A DNA stretch of 64,000 nt from Octopus vulgaris. Its lineage: Eukaryota. A program made the translations under genes and the position numbers. The stretch is taken from NCBI GenBank assembly GCA_951406725.2, contig OX597825.1:21266001-21330000 (forward strand). Reading direction: 5' to 3'. Shown here one piece after another: positions 41,639 to 54,744 of this stretch; the first letter of the stretch is position 1, and each line of letters opens with the position of its first letter. The notes beneath the pieces were generated by a model, which made no database searches, had not been told where the DNA came from, and saw only the letters and a program-made list of their open reading frames with translations.

Positions 41639-41967
41639 CTACGCGGTCGTGTTTTCCTTGTCAATACAGATTAAGGGGCCACTCCCGCCAGACAAGCTTA
41701 CAGCTACCGAACAGATTTGGTGGTGTCAACTATGTTGATTTCTCTTACGTAGGTGTGTGTGTGTATGTGTGCGCGTGCGAGTATGCGTAGGTGTGTGTGT
41801 GTATGTGTGTGTGCACGCATACTCGTACATACACACGCACACACATTCACACGCACGCATGCACACACACCACCCCCACATACATATGTCTATCAGTCGG
41901 AAACAGAATGAGAGATATGAGTTATAAACATACATGCGTAAATATGTACAAATCTATCCATCCATCC

Positions 41968-42033
<66 letters not shown>

Positions 42034-42044
42034 AAATATATTCA

Positions 42045-42198
42045 CTTAGCTTGCTTATGAACCACATGGTTCCGGGTTCAGTCCCACTGCGTGGTACCTT
42101 GGGCAAGTGTCTTCTACTATAGCCTCGGGCCAACCAAAGCCTTGTGAGTGGATTTGGTAGACGGAAACTGAAAGAAATCCGTCGTATATATGTATATG

Positions 42199-42229
<31 letters not shown>

Positions 42230-42412
42230 GTTTCTGTGTCTGTGTTTGTCGCTCCAACAACGCTCGACAACCGATGCTGGGGTGTTTACGTCCCCGTAAC
42301 TTAACGGTTCGGCAAAAGAGACCGATAGAATAAGTACTAAGCTTACAAAGAATAAGTCCTGGGGTCGATTTGCTCGACTGCCCGCAGTCAGATGACTGAA
42401 ACAAGTAAAAAA
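42045..42412 (+). mobile_element. SINE family A (5'-clipped)
   Basis: agcttgcttatgaaccacatggttccggg...gactgaaacaagtaaaa. Confidence 0.85.
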
Positions 42413-42414
42413 GG

Positions 42415-42456
<42 letters not shown>

Positions 42457-42533
42457 AAACATATTCACTTATATTTATTTGTATGTTTCTGTGTATGTAT
42501 GCATGCATGTATGTATGCATGTATGTATGTATG

Positions 42534-42634
<101 letters not shown>

Positions 42635-43103
42635 AAAGATACATGCGTACACACACGCGCACGAGTGTGTGTGTGTATTTCTTGTTTTGCTTACGCCCCT
42701 TCGGAAAGTGATGAGAGCCATCGCGGCCATTTCCCTTCCGTGTATATTGTTTCCATTGATAAACATCTCTTAATTATGAAATCAACTGGCTCAATTTATC
42801 GCATTAGTGCGTGGGAGAAATAAATATTCATGTTCAACAGATATACCTACTCCCTCTGTGTATACGTGTGTGTGTGTATACATGTATGAGTGTACGTGTG
42901 TGTACGTGTGTGTGTGCGTCTGTGTGTCTACGTGTTCGCATGTCATGTGTGAACATGTCTAAAATGTTTGCGTGGGTGCATGCGAGAATAAATGATTTTG
43001 TTATGTGTGTGTGTGTGTGTGTGTGCGTGTGAGTGCATGTGCGTGTGTGTGCGTGCGGGCGTATATATACATATATATATATATTTGTATATTGTTTTAC
43101 TTT

Positions 43104-43158
<55 letters not shown>

Positions 43159-43448
43159 GTATATATATATATAAATATATATATATTTGTATGCATGTAT
43201 GCGCCTGATAATATGTGTATGACGTGTGTGCGAGTGTGTGTGTATTTGTGTATGTGCGTGAAAATGTGTGTATGTAATCATTATGTTGTGTGTGTTTGTG
43301 TATGTGAATCTAGGAAAGGGTTTTAGTTTCCGGTGGCGATGTTTTCCCTTTACTTTACTACCTGCACCTCCGTAATTTCCGGTCAGAATCAACAATCTTG
43401 AAAAAAAAAAAGTAGCATTGTAGTGTTTGTTCTTCCATATATCAACTA

Positions 43449-43720
43449 GAAATTAATGAGGCACAGCGTGAATCTGGGCTTCCATAAACATCTCAGAGAA
43501 ATCACTCCAGTATCACCAGAGTTTATGGAATAGATTTACTGGACTTCCATAGTTTTTCATAGTTTACTTAGGTGATGAACGACAACAAACATGGCCCGTT
43601 ATTTTCACAAACGAAATTAATGAGGCACTGCATGAATCTGGGCTTCCATAAACATCTCAGAGAGATCACTCCAGTATCACTAGAGTTTATGGAATAGATT
43701 TACTGGACTTCCATAGTTTT
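43449..43720. repeat. Direct duplication, 108-bp unit, 164-bp period
   Basis: gaaattaatgaggcac...ggacttccatagtttt at 43449-43556 and 43613-43720. Confidence 0.9.
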
Positions 43721-43837
43721 GTGGAGTTTGAACTCAGAACGTAAAGGGGGACGAAATGCCGCTAATGATTTCGCCCGGTGTGCTTAACAATTCTGCTTGC
43801 TCGCGGCCTTCGAATACACCAACATTAAATATTGAAA

Positions 43838-44430
43838 GGCGACGAGCTGGCAGAAACGTTAGCACGCCGGGCGAAGTGCTTACTGGTATTTCGTATTTCG
43901 TTAGCCGTTACGTTCTGAGTTCAAATTCCGCCGAGGTCGACTTCACCTTTCATCCTTTCGGGGGTCGATAAACTAAGTACCATTTACGTACTGGGGTCGA
44001 TGTAATCGACTTAATCCCTTTGTCTGTCCTTGTTTGTCCCCTCTGTGTTTAGCCCCATGTGGGCAATAAAGAAATAGGTATTTCGTCTGTCTTAACGTTC
44101 TGAGTTCAAATTCCGCTGAGGTCGACTTTGCCTTTCATCCTTTCGGGGTCAATGAAATAAGTACCGGTTACGCACTGGGGTCAATGTAATCGACTTAATC
44201 CGTTTGTCTGTCCTTGTTTGTCCCCTCTGTGTTTAGCCCCTTGTGGGTAGTAAAGAAATAGGTATTTCTTCTGTCTTAAAGTTCTGAGTTCAAATTCCGC
44301 CGAGGTCGACTTTGCCTTTCATCCTTTCGGGATCGATAAATTAAGTACCAGTTGCGTACTGGGGTCGATCTAATCGACAGGCCCCCATCCCCCCAAATTT
44401 CAGGCCTTGTGCCTGGAGTAGAAAAGAGTA
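43838..44430 (+). mobile_element. Nested/tandem SINE-C array (host copy plus two tail-bearing units)
   Basis: One head and three central domains. Junctions aaagaaata|ggtatttc at 44077 and 44261. The last unit carries a different tail. Confidence 0.85.
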
Positions 44431-44599
44431 TTGAATATTGAATAGACTTTCACATAAAACCTTGAGCAAAATGAGTGTCAACAGCTGTTTGTTCTTCCAT
44501 GTGTAGCCTAGTGGAAGTGAAGTGTCAACTGATTATTTGAACATTGGTAGAGAAGAATAGATACCATCCGATTGATTTGGTTTTTAGGTATTCAGCTTA

Positions 44600-44890
44600 A
44601 GTATATCTATCCACCTTTATCACTGATACGGGATAACACGGTACGCTCAACTGTGAACCGGGTTACGCCCATCACGAATTAATCTCTGATAAAACAGGTC
44701 GTTGATTAATCAAATATTCTGCTTTGAGCGCAAAAGCGTACCCCAACGATAATCCACAATGCTCGGGACAACTTGGGATCTCCGAACGAAACCCGTTTTC
44801 CTTCTATGTTCAATTATTAATTTATCACTGATTGACTTAACACAGTGTTTTTTTAAACCAAATATCCGTGATAAACGAGGGTAGATGTAT
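44600..44890. mobile_element. Diverged pogo/Tigger-like MITE
   Basis: Imperfect TIRs atatctatccacctttatcactgata / tatccgtgataaacgagggtagatgt. Confidence 0.4.
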
Positions 44891-45380
44891 CAACAGGTTG
44901 TACAATAATCTATATACAGTTTATTGAAGAATGCGTAGTATCTAGCGGTTTGGTTAGAATTTGCCTCGATGACTTCAAATTTACTGACAGTATGTCTATA
45001 TACCATAAGATCTAAATTTGCCTCCCTAATCGCAGGGATTAGGTATGTGTGTGTGTGCGTGTGTGTTTGTTTGTCTTTGTGTTGAGTTCTTTACGTCAGC
45101 ATAACTAAGCAGTTTGGCAAAAAGATGGGATGCAGAAGGTAGTCTGTTATTCAATGTCGTCATCATTTCCAGTGTTGTGTTATTTCAGTAATGGGGAAAA
45201 TTGCGTTCACTAAATGCAAAAGACCGCTGCAACAGATTCTTTCGTTGTCTTTCTTGATTCAGTTTCTAAACAATCCCCACCAGAACTAACATTCTCCCAT
45301 CTCTCTTTCTCTTTTCTTTCTCTCTTGCTCTCTCTCCCACACTCTCTTTCCATCCCTCTCCCCTCTGTCTCTCTCTCTCT

Positions 45381-45434
<54 letters not shown>

Positions 45435-45692
45435 CGCTCGAAATGCGGAGTAGATAAAACAGCGGACAACTGATGAAGGGATTGTTCTTTATGTTACTTG
45501 TCTCGTTTTTCTAGTTCGCAAAATGAGTTCGTTTTCCATGCTTTTGTATTTCATGTTCCCGTTTATCATGTTGTTTACGTTCTTTGATGTCCTGTACCCA
45601 TATATGCATGTGTATATACATATATATGTATGTACATGTGTGTATGTATATATGCATATATATGTATGTACATGTGTGTATGTATATATGCA

Positions 45693-45749
<57 letters not shown>

Positions 45750-45879
45750 TATACACACACACAACTTCTAAGCTGAAGTGAAGACAGCATGTTCTCTATC
45801 TCTTGAACTTCTTGGAGATTTTAGGTAAAATTATACTAATGTGTCAATCTGATTTAATTTAATTAAATTCTATGTCTTT

Positions 45880-45967
45880 ATGCAGCTGAGGATTGCTCTG
45901 CATTTAAATTGATGTAATGATTACATTGTTCAATTAAATGGAATTGCTTGAAACGATCGTACTGCAT
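45880..45967 (+). ncRNA. Type-I hammerhead ribozyme motif
   Basis: atgcag-CTGAGGA(45886-45892)-stem II-GAAAC(45950-45954)-GATC-GTA(45959-45961)-ctgcat. Perfect 6-bp stem I and ACGATCGT palindrome; the base of stem II pairs poorly. Confidence 0.65.
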
Positions 45968-46465
45968 TACCTTTGGATATCCTTGTTGATTATTTTGATT
46001 ATATATATATATATAAATATATAAATATATATATATATATAGATAGATAGATAGATAGACGTCTCCCTCTTTATACGTATCTCTGTGTATTCTAGTTAAC
46101 CAGAAAAAGGACAGCAAGAGAAAGGAAGAGAGAGAAAAAAAGGAAGAAAGAGAGAGAGACAGACAGACAGACAGAGAAGAAAAAAGCGAGAATGAGAGAG
46201 ACATTTAAAATGATTAAAATGACTGGAACAAGTAAAAGAATAAAACAATAACTCTGAAAGAAGATAAACAGAGAATTTGACATTACAAAAACGTACTGAC
46301 CCCATCATCGTCATAGTTATCTTCCTTCTCACCTTATCTATGCATCTCCGTCTAAAGATGCGTCACTCATTCTCTATTTCTCTCCATTCCAAATTTCCCA
46401 GAGAAACAGAGAGAGAGAAAGAGAGGGAGGTAGAGGAGAAACAGAGAGGGGGGGGGAAGAGATAG

Positions 46466-46625
46466 GTTTCTTTATTGGCCACGCAGGGCTAAACACGGAT
46501 GGGACAAAATACAAAGTAGAGCTTTTCTTTTTAGGAAGAAGAGAAAGGGAAAAAAAGGAGAGGAATTCTGATCAAAAGGGATCGTGAAAAAAAAAAGGGG
46601 GGAATTCCGATCAAAAGGGATCGTT
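46466..46625 (-). mobile_element. Tx1-like LINE 3' UTR fragment
   Basis: Similar to 5122-5240 (gtttctttattggccacgcagg...gtagagcttttcttt...gatcaa.agggatcgt). Confidence 0.75.
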
Positions 46626-46970
46626 AAAAATATATTGTGGGGCCGATCGTGTATAGACAGGTAGACGAGTGGTGACTGTTTCACAAGATATGTTACACAG
46701 AATTTTCCCATGAGGCAGCAAATAATTTTACAAATGGTTATTTTAACTTCAGTTCTGTGGAGTCTCTGAGTACAAGTCTAACACACACACACAACTTATA
46801 CGACTCGATGCCAGTTCAAACTAGCTGGTCCAGACTCCACTCATACGGTTCCTTTAACAACTATTTGGAGTAGTTTGTTACATAAATACATAACACATAC
46901 ATAACTCATACATATATACATATATATGTCTGTATGTGTGTGTGTTTGTGTAATTGAAACATTGGAGTCA

Positions 46971-47097
46971 ACAAGAAGGGGTACGTTTGGAAATTCATTT
47001 TTTATCACTGCAATTTTTTCCACGCAACTGGGGAGCTAGGTTGCGTGAAAAAAATTGTAGTCATTAAAAGTAAATGCCCAATCGTATGCCTTCTTGT
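46971..47097. repeat. Imperfect hairpin, ~56-bp arms, 11-nt loop
   Basis: caagaaggggtacg...ccacgcaac / gttgcgtg...cgtatgccttcttg. Confidence 0.75.
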
Positions 47098-47154
47098 TTT
47101 AATTATCTATTCACACACAACAAATGCCCAAACGCAAACTTGAAAGTACGTATG

Positions 47155-47186
<32 letters not shown>

Positions 47187-47423
47187 GGATAGCACAGAGT
47201 GAAATCTGAAGGTGGTCGAGCTTCATACTGTACTCTACTACATTCTTAACAGAATTTCTGTCGTGGTTTTTCTCCTTGTTTCTTTTTGTGTTCCTTTCTG
47301 TGGAAGAGCGTAGGCTCGAAACATTAAAGACTTTTTTTCAATTCCCGAGCGTTATACTAATATATCTGTTTTTTTTTCTACATCACCTGTTTTCAACTTT
47401 TGTTTTTTTTTCATGAATTCTCC

Positions 47424-47489
<66 letters not shown>

Positions 47490-48244
47490 CGTTTCTGCCA
47501 ATTCGCTGCCAAAAGAGAAAAATATGTATTGGCCAGCAATTTCGGGGAATTGGGGCGTAAGTCGGTTACATCCACCCGTGTGCAACTGGCACTTATTTTA
47601 TCGAACCCCCGAAAGGATGAAAGGCAAATCGGCTTCAGCGGGTTTTGAACTTAGAAAGTAAAGACATACCTAAAGACGGACGAAGCATTTTGCCCAGCGA
47701 GATAGAAAAAAAATAAGTATTAAATATTTTAACATTTAAATATCAATTTTTCTCCTTTTTTTATTAATTGAAATATATCCAATGGCATGGAGCTAAATCC
47801 GTGCTCTATGATTTTTTCCATTCATAGCAATTATAGTGATACTGTAAAATTTCCGACTCCAAAGTGTCAGTATTGTTTCTCTTACTATGTGAGTCAGACG
47901 TCATGCATCTCAAGGGCAGTCTTTATCGTTACACGATCGGCTTACTTTCACTTTCGTAGTTTCATCATGTGTAATTTTGTACGTGTGTGTGAGTGTGTGT
48001 GCGTGCATGTGCGCGTGTATACATGTACCTGAGTATTCTTTTATCCTTTTACTTGTTTTGCTTTTTGGACTACTGAAATGCTGAGGCGCTTCACCGAATC
48101 AACCCCAATAATACTTATTTCTTGTTAAGCCTGCTACTAATTTTATCGGGTTCTTTTTACCAAACCGCTACGGGGGTAGAAGCAAACAAACTCCAGCCAT
48201 CATTCAGCAGTGCGAGATTTATAAAAAACCTACACTCACATTTC

Positions 48245-48299
<55 letters not shown>

Positions 48300-48512
48300 A
48301 ATGTAACCATATGTGAATCGTTGGCGATTTTCATCCTCCTTCTTTCTTTCCATTGGACTATACTCTGTTACCGAAGAAGAGCGTTGCTCGAAACGTTAAA
48401 CCATCTTTCCTTCCTTGAGCGTCAGTGAATACTTCTGAAAGTCGACCGCGCGCGTACGCTTGGGCGCGGGACAAGTCGTTGTTTTTTTCTTTGTTCTTCT
48501 GTTTTTGGAATT

Positions 48513-48640
<128 letters not shown>

Positions 48641-48665
48641 GTATGTATGTATGTATGTATATACA

Positions 48666-48760
48666 CAGTAATCCCTCGCCATATCGCGATTCACCTATCA
48701 CGGATTATTATTTAAGCTTACGCCGATTCGTCCGTGGTGTTGTTTTGAATGTAAGATAAA
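48666..48760 (+). mobile_element. Tigger/pogo-like MITE, one end
   Basis: cagtaatccctcgccatatcgcg... is the reverse complement of 54505-54598. Confidence 0.7.
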
Positions 48761-48902
48761 CTAGATATTTACAAATAATAAAGAGGGACAGATGTATGAT
48801 GTGTCGAAACGATCATAACGACTAATAAAGTAGCTCGTGAATTCCATTTTCTCTTTCTTTCATATCTTTTATACACACACACACACACACATACATATAT
48901 AT

Positions 48903-49062
48903 ACGACAGACCTCTTTTCAGTTTCCGTCTACTAAATCCATTCACAAGGTTCTGGTCATCCCGGAGCTATACTAGAAGATACTTGCCCAAGGTGCCGCGC
49001 AGTGGGTTTGAACCCTGAACTGTGTGGTTGAGAAGTAAACTTCTTACCACACAGCCACGCCT
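48903..49062 (-). mobile_element. SINE family A head
   Basis: cttgcccaaggtgcc...cttaccacacagccac. Confidence 0.75.
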
Positions 49063-49410
49063 GTACTTGCACATTTGTCTTTTTCTTTAAGTTTTACTTC
49101 AGAATTCTTTCCAGTTACTAATAAAATAACAAGGGCCTTATTTTTCCCCAGGCAGTCCCAGAAATTTGTGAATCCTTTTTAAGTATATATGTGCAATAGT
49201 ATGTGTACGTGCGTGTAAACATGTACATTTGTACGAGTATGTGTGATTTTTACATGTGTATGCATGCATGTTTTTACATGTGTATACATGTAATTCACTT
49301 GTTCACTTGTACATTCATGTATAGATGCATGTGTGTATGAGTATGGGCTTGTATGTATGTAGACATACATATATACATATGCATATTTGTATGACGCATG
49401 TTCGTATGCC

Positions 49411-49476
<66 letters not shown>

Positions 49477-49542
49477 GGTCCCGGGTTGAGTCGGGGTTAA
49501 CCACAGTAAATAAGGTACTCAATACATAGCAGAGTAAATTAA

Positions 49543-49625
49543 TTTATTTTATAGAAGGAGCTTCCTGATGATTTCTTTTGAATGAAACAGTTCTAGTCCT
49601 GTAGAAGCTCCTTCTATAAAATAAA
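49543..49625 (+). ncRNA. Type-I hammerhead ribozyme motif with 22-bp perfect stem I
   Basis: TTTATTTTATAGAAGGAGCTTC-CTGATGA(49565-49571)-tTTC/tttt/GAAt-GAAACAG-ttctagtc-CT-GTA(49601-49603)-GAAGCTCCTTCTATAAAATAAA. Confidence 0.7.
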
Positions 49626-49646
49626 AAAAAAAAATATATATATATA

Positions 49647-49689
<43 letters not shown>

Positions 49690-49691
49690 CA

Positions 49692-49893
49692 TTTTTACTC
49701 TTTTATTAGTTTCAGTCATTTGACTGCGGCCAGGCTGGATTACCGCCATTAATCGAACAAATCGACCCCAGGACTTATTTTTTGTAAGCCTAGTATTTAT
49801 TCTATCGGTTTTTGCCGAACCGTTAAAGTTACGGGGACGTAAACACACTGACATCGGTTGTGAAGCGATGATGGGAGTACAAGCACAGACACA

Positions 49894-49929
<36 letters not shown>

Positions 49930-50032
49930 GACGGGCTTCTTTCAATTTCCGTCTACCAAATTCACTCACAAGGCTTTGGTCGGCCTGAGGCTATAGTGGA
50001 CGTCACTTGCCAAAGGTGTCACACAGTGGGAC
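49692..50032 (-). mobile_element. SINE family A (head truncated)
   Basis: Family 3' half plus CORE-like block. Confidence 0.8.
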
Positions 50033-50035
50033 AGG

Positions 50036-50293
<258 letters not shown>

Positions 50294-50837
50294 ATATATA
50301 TATCCGTATATATTTACATATGCATGCATACATAAATACACACAAACACATATATATATACATACGTATGTTTATATGTATAAATGTCCGTGTGTTTGTG
50401 TGTTTGAGGCTGTCTATTTGTGTGTATGAATACATGTATGTGTAAAAGCCATGTTGCCATACTTCCTATGTTGTGTATCGATATTTTAATCCACTTGAAA
50501 AGAGAGGTAAATAAAGTGGGAAAGAGAGAAAGGAAGAAAGAAATCTTAGAAAGAAAGCGAAAAAAAAAACACAAAGACAGTTTGAGAAAAGACGTCGAAA
50601 AGAAGGGACAAAAAAAAAAGGAGGAAATGAAGAAAATAGAAAGAAAAGGAGAAAGATGGAAGTGAGAAGAATGAGTGAGAGAGAGAAAGAGAAGGAGGGA
50701 GAGACAGAGAGAAAGAGAAGTATAATGTATTTGTAAAGCATAAAAAAAAAACAGGATGACGATTGAAATATAATGTGAAGAAGTATGAAACATGAATGAC
50801 AAAATAAATAAATATAAATAAAATATATAAAAAAAGG

Positions 50838-51210
50838 CATGCAGCAGGTATTCTTGTGTGGTTAAGAGGGTAGCTTTGTAACCACATAGTTTCCGGTTCA
50901 ATCCCGCTGCGCGGTACCTTGGTGTCTTCTACTCGAGTGCCTGACCGATCGCTACCGTGTCAGTGAATTTGGTACACAGAAACGGCGAGGAAGCCCGTCG
51001 GGTGCGGGTGTGTGTTTGTGTTAGTACCTCACCGTCGTTTGACAACCTGTGTTCGTTGGTTTACGTCCCCCGTTACTAAGTGTTTCGGCCAAATGGACGG
51101 ACTGAATAAGCACTAGACTTTAAAAAAAGAAAGTACTGAGTTTGATTTGTTTGATGAAACTCCTCGAAGCGGTGCCCCAGTAAGGGTCACAATCCAATGA
51201 CCGGAAGAAA
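50838..51210 (+). mobile_element. SINE family A, diverged
   Basis: gtgtggttaagagggtagc...ccggttcaatcccgctgcgcgg...gcggtgccccag. Confidence 0.65.
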
Positions 51211-51535
51211 AAGAGATGAAATGAAGAAAAAAGGGAACAGAAGGGATTGAAGTCGGAAAACGAAATAGACGGAAACAAGGGAATGAATAAAAGAGAAAAA
51301 CGAAGAAGAAAAGGAAAAGGTGGAGAAGAATGAAATAGAAAAAGATATAATGATACACGTACGCGTATTTATACACATAAACTCATCCATACATGCATGT
51401 TACATACGTATATTAAATAATTAATTAAGTCACTCATTCATTCATACGTACATACGTACGTAGGTGCGTACCTACCTATCTACCTACATACATACATATC
51501 CACGAACGTATATACATATGTATATATATATATAT

Positions 51536-51619
<84 letters not shown>

Positions 51620-51658
51620 GGTTTGGCGCAGTTCTTGAGTCACTCTGTTGCTTCTGCT

Positions 51659-51717
<59 letters not shown>

Positions 51718-51739
51718 TATTTATGTATGTGTGTATATG

Positions 51740-51785
<46 letters not shown>

Positions 51786-52042
51786 CTTGTGTGTGTGTAT
51801 ATATATATATATATGTGTGTGTGTGCTTATGTGTGCGCGCGTGTATTTATTTAGGCGGCAAATGACCAATGATGAAGAACCCGGAATCTCTTGGTTCCGG
51901 GTGCAGCACCGTATGTAGTATTGGTAGCATCTGCGCCGTCGACGACTACAAAGATGACACATGCTGTGTAGGTTTCGCTTCCGGCCAGCACCTTCTTCCA
52001 GAGCAGAACAGACACACGTAAACACATAAATATAACATAAGA

Positions 52043-52142
<100 letters not shown>

Positions 52143-52179
52143 TTTATATATATGTATATATATATACTATATATAAATG

Positions 52180-52248
<69 letters not shown>

Positions 52249-52289
52249 TGAGGGAGAGAGAGAGGAAGAGAGAGAGAGAGAGAGGGGAG

Positions 52290-52492
52290 ACGGCATGGCT
52301 GTGTGGTAAAAACTTGTTTCCAACCATATGGTTCCGGGTTCTGTCCCTCTGCGTGGCGCCTTCAGCAGGTATCTTCTACTATGACCTCGGGCCTAACAAA
52401 GCCATGTGAGTGGATTCGGCAGACGGAAAAAAAGAAGCCCGTCATATATATATATATAACTATGACAGGCTTCTTTCAAACACATACGCACA

Positions 52493-52536
<44 letters not shown>

Positions 52537-52571
52537 TACATATATATATATTTATATACATATATAAATAT

Positions 52572-52654
<83 letters not shown>

Positions 52655-52860
52655 TATATACATATATATATATGTATATTTGTGTGTATGTGTTTGTTCC
52701 CCGCCATCGCTTGATAACCGATGTTGGTGTGTTTAACAGTTCAGCAAAAGGGACCGATAGAATAAGTACTAGGCTTACAAAGAATAAGTCCTGGTGTGCA
52801 TTCGTTCGACTAAAGGTGCTGCTCCAGCATGGCGGCAGACAAATGGCTGAAACAAATGAA
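52290..52860 (+). mobile_element. SINE family A with expanded internal microsatellite
   Basis: atggctgtgtggtaa...gctccagcatggcggcag. Confidence 0.75.
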
Positions 52861-54375
52861 AGGCTTAGCGGTAGTTTGTTTGGTTACACGTTTTGAGCTC
52901 AAATTCCGTCGAGGTCGCGTCTGTCTTTCATCCTTTCAGGGTCGATAACATAAGTATCAGTTTAGGGTCTATGCAGTCGACTTACTCTTCTCTGGATATT
53001 GCTTGTCTTACATATGCTAAAACCAATATATATGCATGTGTGTGTGTGCATGTCTATATCTATCTATCTATCTATCTATCTATTTTCCCACTTAGCCAGT
53101 TTGGTATGTAGAGCTGTGTTGCCAACTGTGTCTTTTCTGGATGGAGATTCGTTCGCAGAGTTTTAATATTTATTATAATAATAAAGATATTTTTCTAACC
53201 GAATCCCCAGTTTTTACTCTGATCTTTTATATAGACCCCGTAATGTATTCCACTGCATGGAATACCAAACGAAAATCATAGAAAAAAATTGTGTTGGTTG
53301 AATGATGGACATAAATAAATTTATATATACCTATGCAAAATGTTTAACTGTTACACTATTAATTTCGAAGCAGCAACTTTTCGATATGTGACGATACATG
53401 CGTACTCATGCACATGTATTTTCACACTCGTACCAACAGACAGTCTCGTATAACTCTCTTTTAATTAAAACTATGATTAGCTTTTACATTTTTGCTTAGT
53501 GAAATGTCGAACATATGAATGTAACTCACGTGTGTTATTTTCTTGGCTCTCATTCTTCATATCTTCTTTCTTATCTTCCTTGTCTCTCTAGGATTTCCTC
53601 TAGTATCCGATGAAGAACTCTTTCCGAAGCGTTATACTTTTTACTCTGTAATTTTTTTGTCATTCTGAGCCTCAATTTAATTTTGTTTGTGAACTTCCCT
53701 AGGAACTTTATTGTTTTGCTTTTTTGTTCTTGATTTGTTTGGCATGTTTGTATGTACGTATGCATGCATATATGCATGTATGTATGCTTGCATGTATGCA
53801 TGTATGCTTGCATGTATGTGTGTATGTATGCATGCATGCATGTGTATATGTATGTATGTATATGCCAGGTCATTTTTTTAGGTCTCTTAGGAGTGCTACT
53901 GTTAACATGGAATCCAGTGCAACCTGTTGCATGGCAGTTTCGTTGGCGACTATAAGGGCACTCCCCACCAAGGTTGCCTGGTGAGGAGTATTGCTAGAAG
54001 CCCAGCAAGACTAAAAATAAGACCCATCAAAAGGATGGATGAACCCAGTGGTAGTTCAACGAGTGTCTATCAAAAGCAAAGCACAGACATACAGAAATTG
54101 CGGGTTGGTGTTTGGTGTGCAGGAAAACTACTGCGAGTGAGGGACTCCTCCAGATTTTGTTAAAACATGTCTCAAGGTCATTCTGATATGGAACCGGATA
54201 TAGAGGGAATGGCATTGGACAAATTTCCGTTTCCTAAAGGGTATTTACCAGATTTTCTAATCTGTCTTCACAACCATCCTGTATTCGGGACATTCCTTTA
54301 TTTTCTGTAGAATACCGACACACTCAACGCTTATAAGTTTGTTTAGAAAATGTTCTTACATTCCAAAAGCTATTA

Positions 54376-54598
54376 CGGTAACCCTACGATTATCGCGGGT
54401 GTTACGTTACCCGCGCACCGCGATAGGTGAAAATCCGTGAAAGAGAAACAGTACTGTATTGTATATTTCTTTTTAACTATTTAAATAATTTGCCTATATT
54501 CATTTTATAATAAATGCAAAACCATACCACGGAGGAATCGACGTAAGCTTAAATAATAAACCGCGATAGGTGAACCGCGATATGGCGAGGGAACACTG
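54376..54598. mobile_element. Tigger/pogo-like MITE with TA target duplication
   Basis: ta|cggtaaccctacgattatcgcgg ... ccgcgatatggcgagggaacactg|ta. Confidence 0.75.
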
Positions 54599-54634
54599 TA
54601 TATAGTTTTATAAAAAGACGGTAATTGTTGTCAG

Positions 54635-54710
54635 GGTCTCTTAGCTTAATGGTATAGGGCGCTCAACCGGAATTTGAACGGAACAGAGATCGATTCTTTG
54701 TTGAGGGGCT
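54635..54710 (+). pseudogene. Degenerate tRNA-like sequence (tRNA pseudogene or orphan SINE head)
   Basis: A-box TAGCTTAATGG; anticodon-like stem tcaa/ttga; T-arm cagag-ATCGATT-ctttg; G:T-rich acceptor ggtctct/aggggct. Confidence 0.4.
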
Positions 54711-54744
54711 TGCTGGCCACTTCTAAGCCTAGTCGAGAATTCTA

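Noticed and set aside
45470-45480. CTGATGA followed by aggg
   Set aside because: No downstream GAAAC or stem III at a workable distance; not called as a hammerhead.
51860-51930. aTGATGA + hairpin acccggaa/ttccgggt + GTA
   Set aside because: Both core strands deviate (no C3, no GAAA); too degenerate to support.
51944-51958. gactacaaagatgac (DYKDD, FLAG-like)
   Set aside because: Only five codons match and there is no vector context; chance.
53900-54330. Complex island, possibly a further retroelement ORF1 remnant
   Set aside because: Could not reconstruct a convincing peptide.
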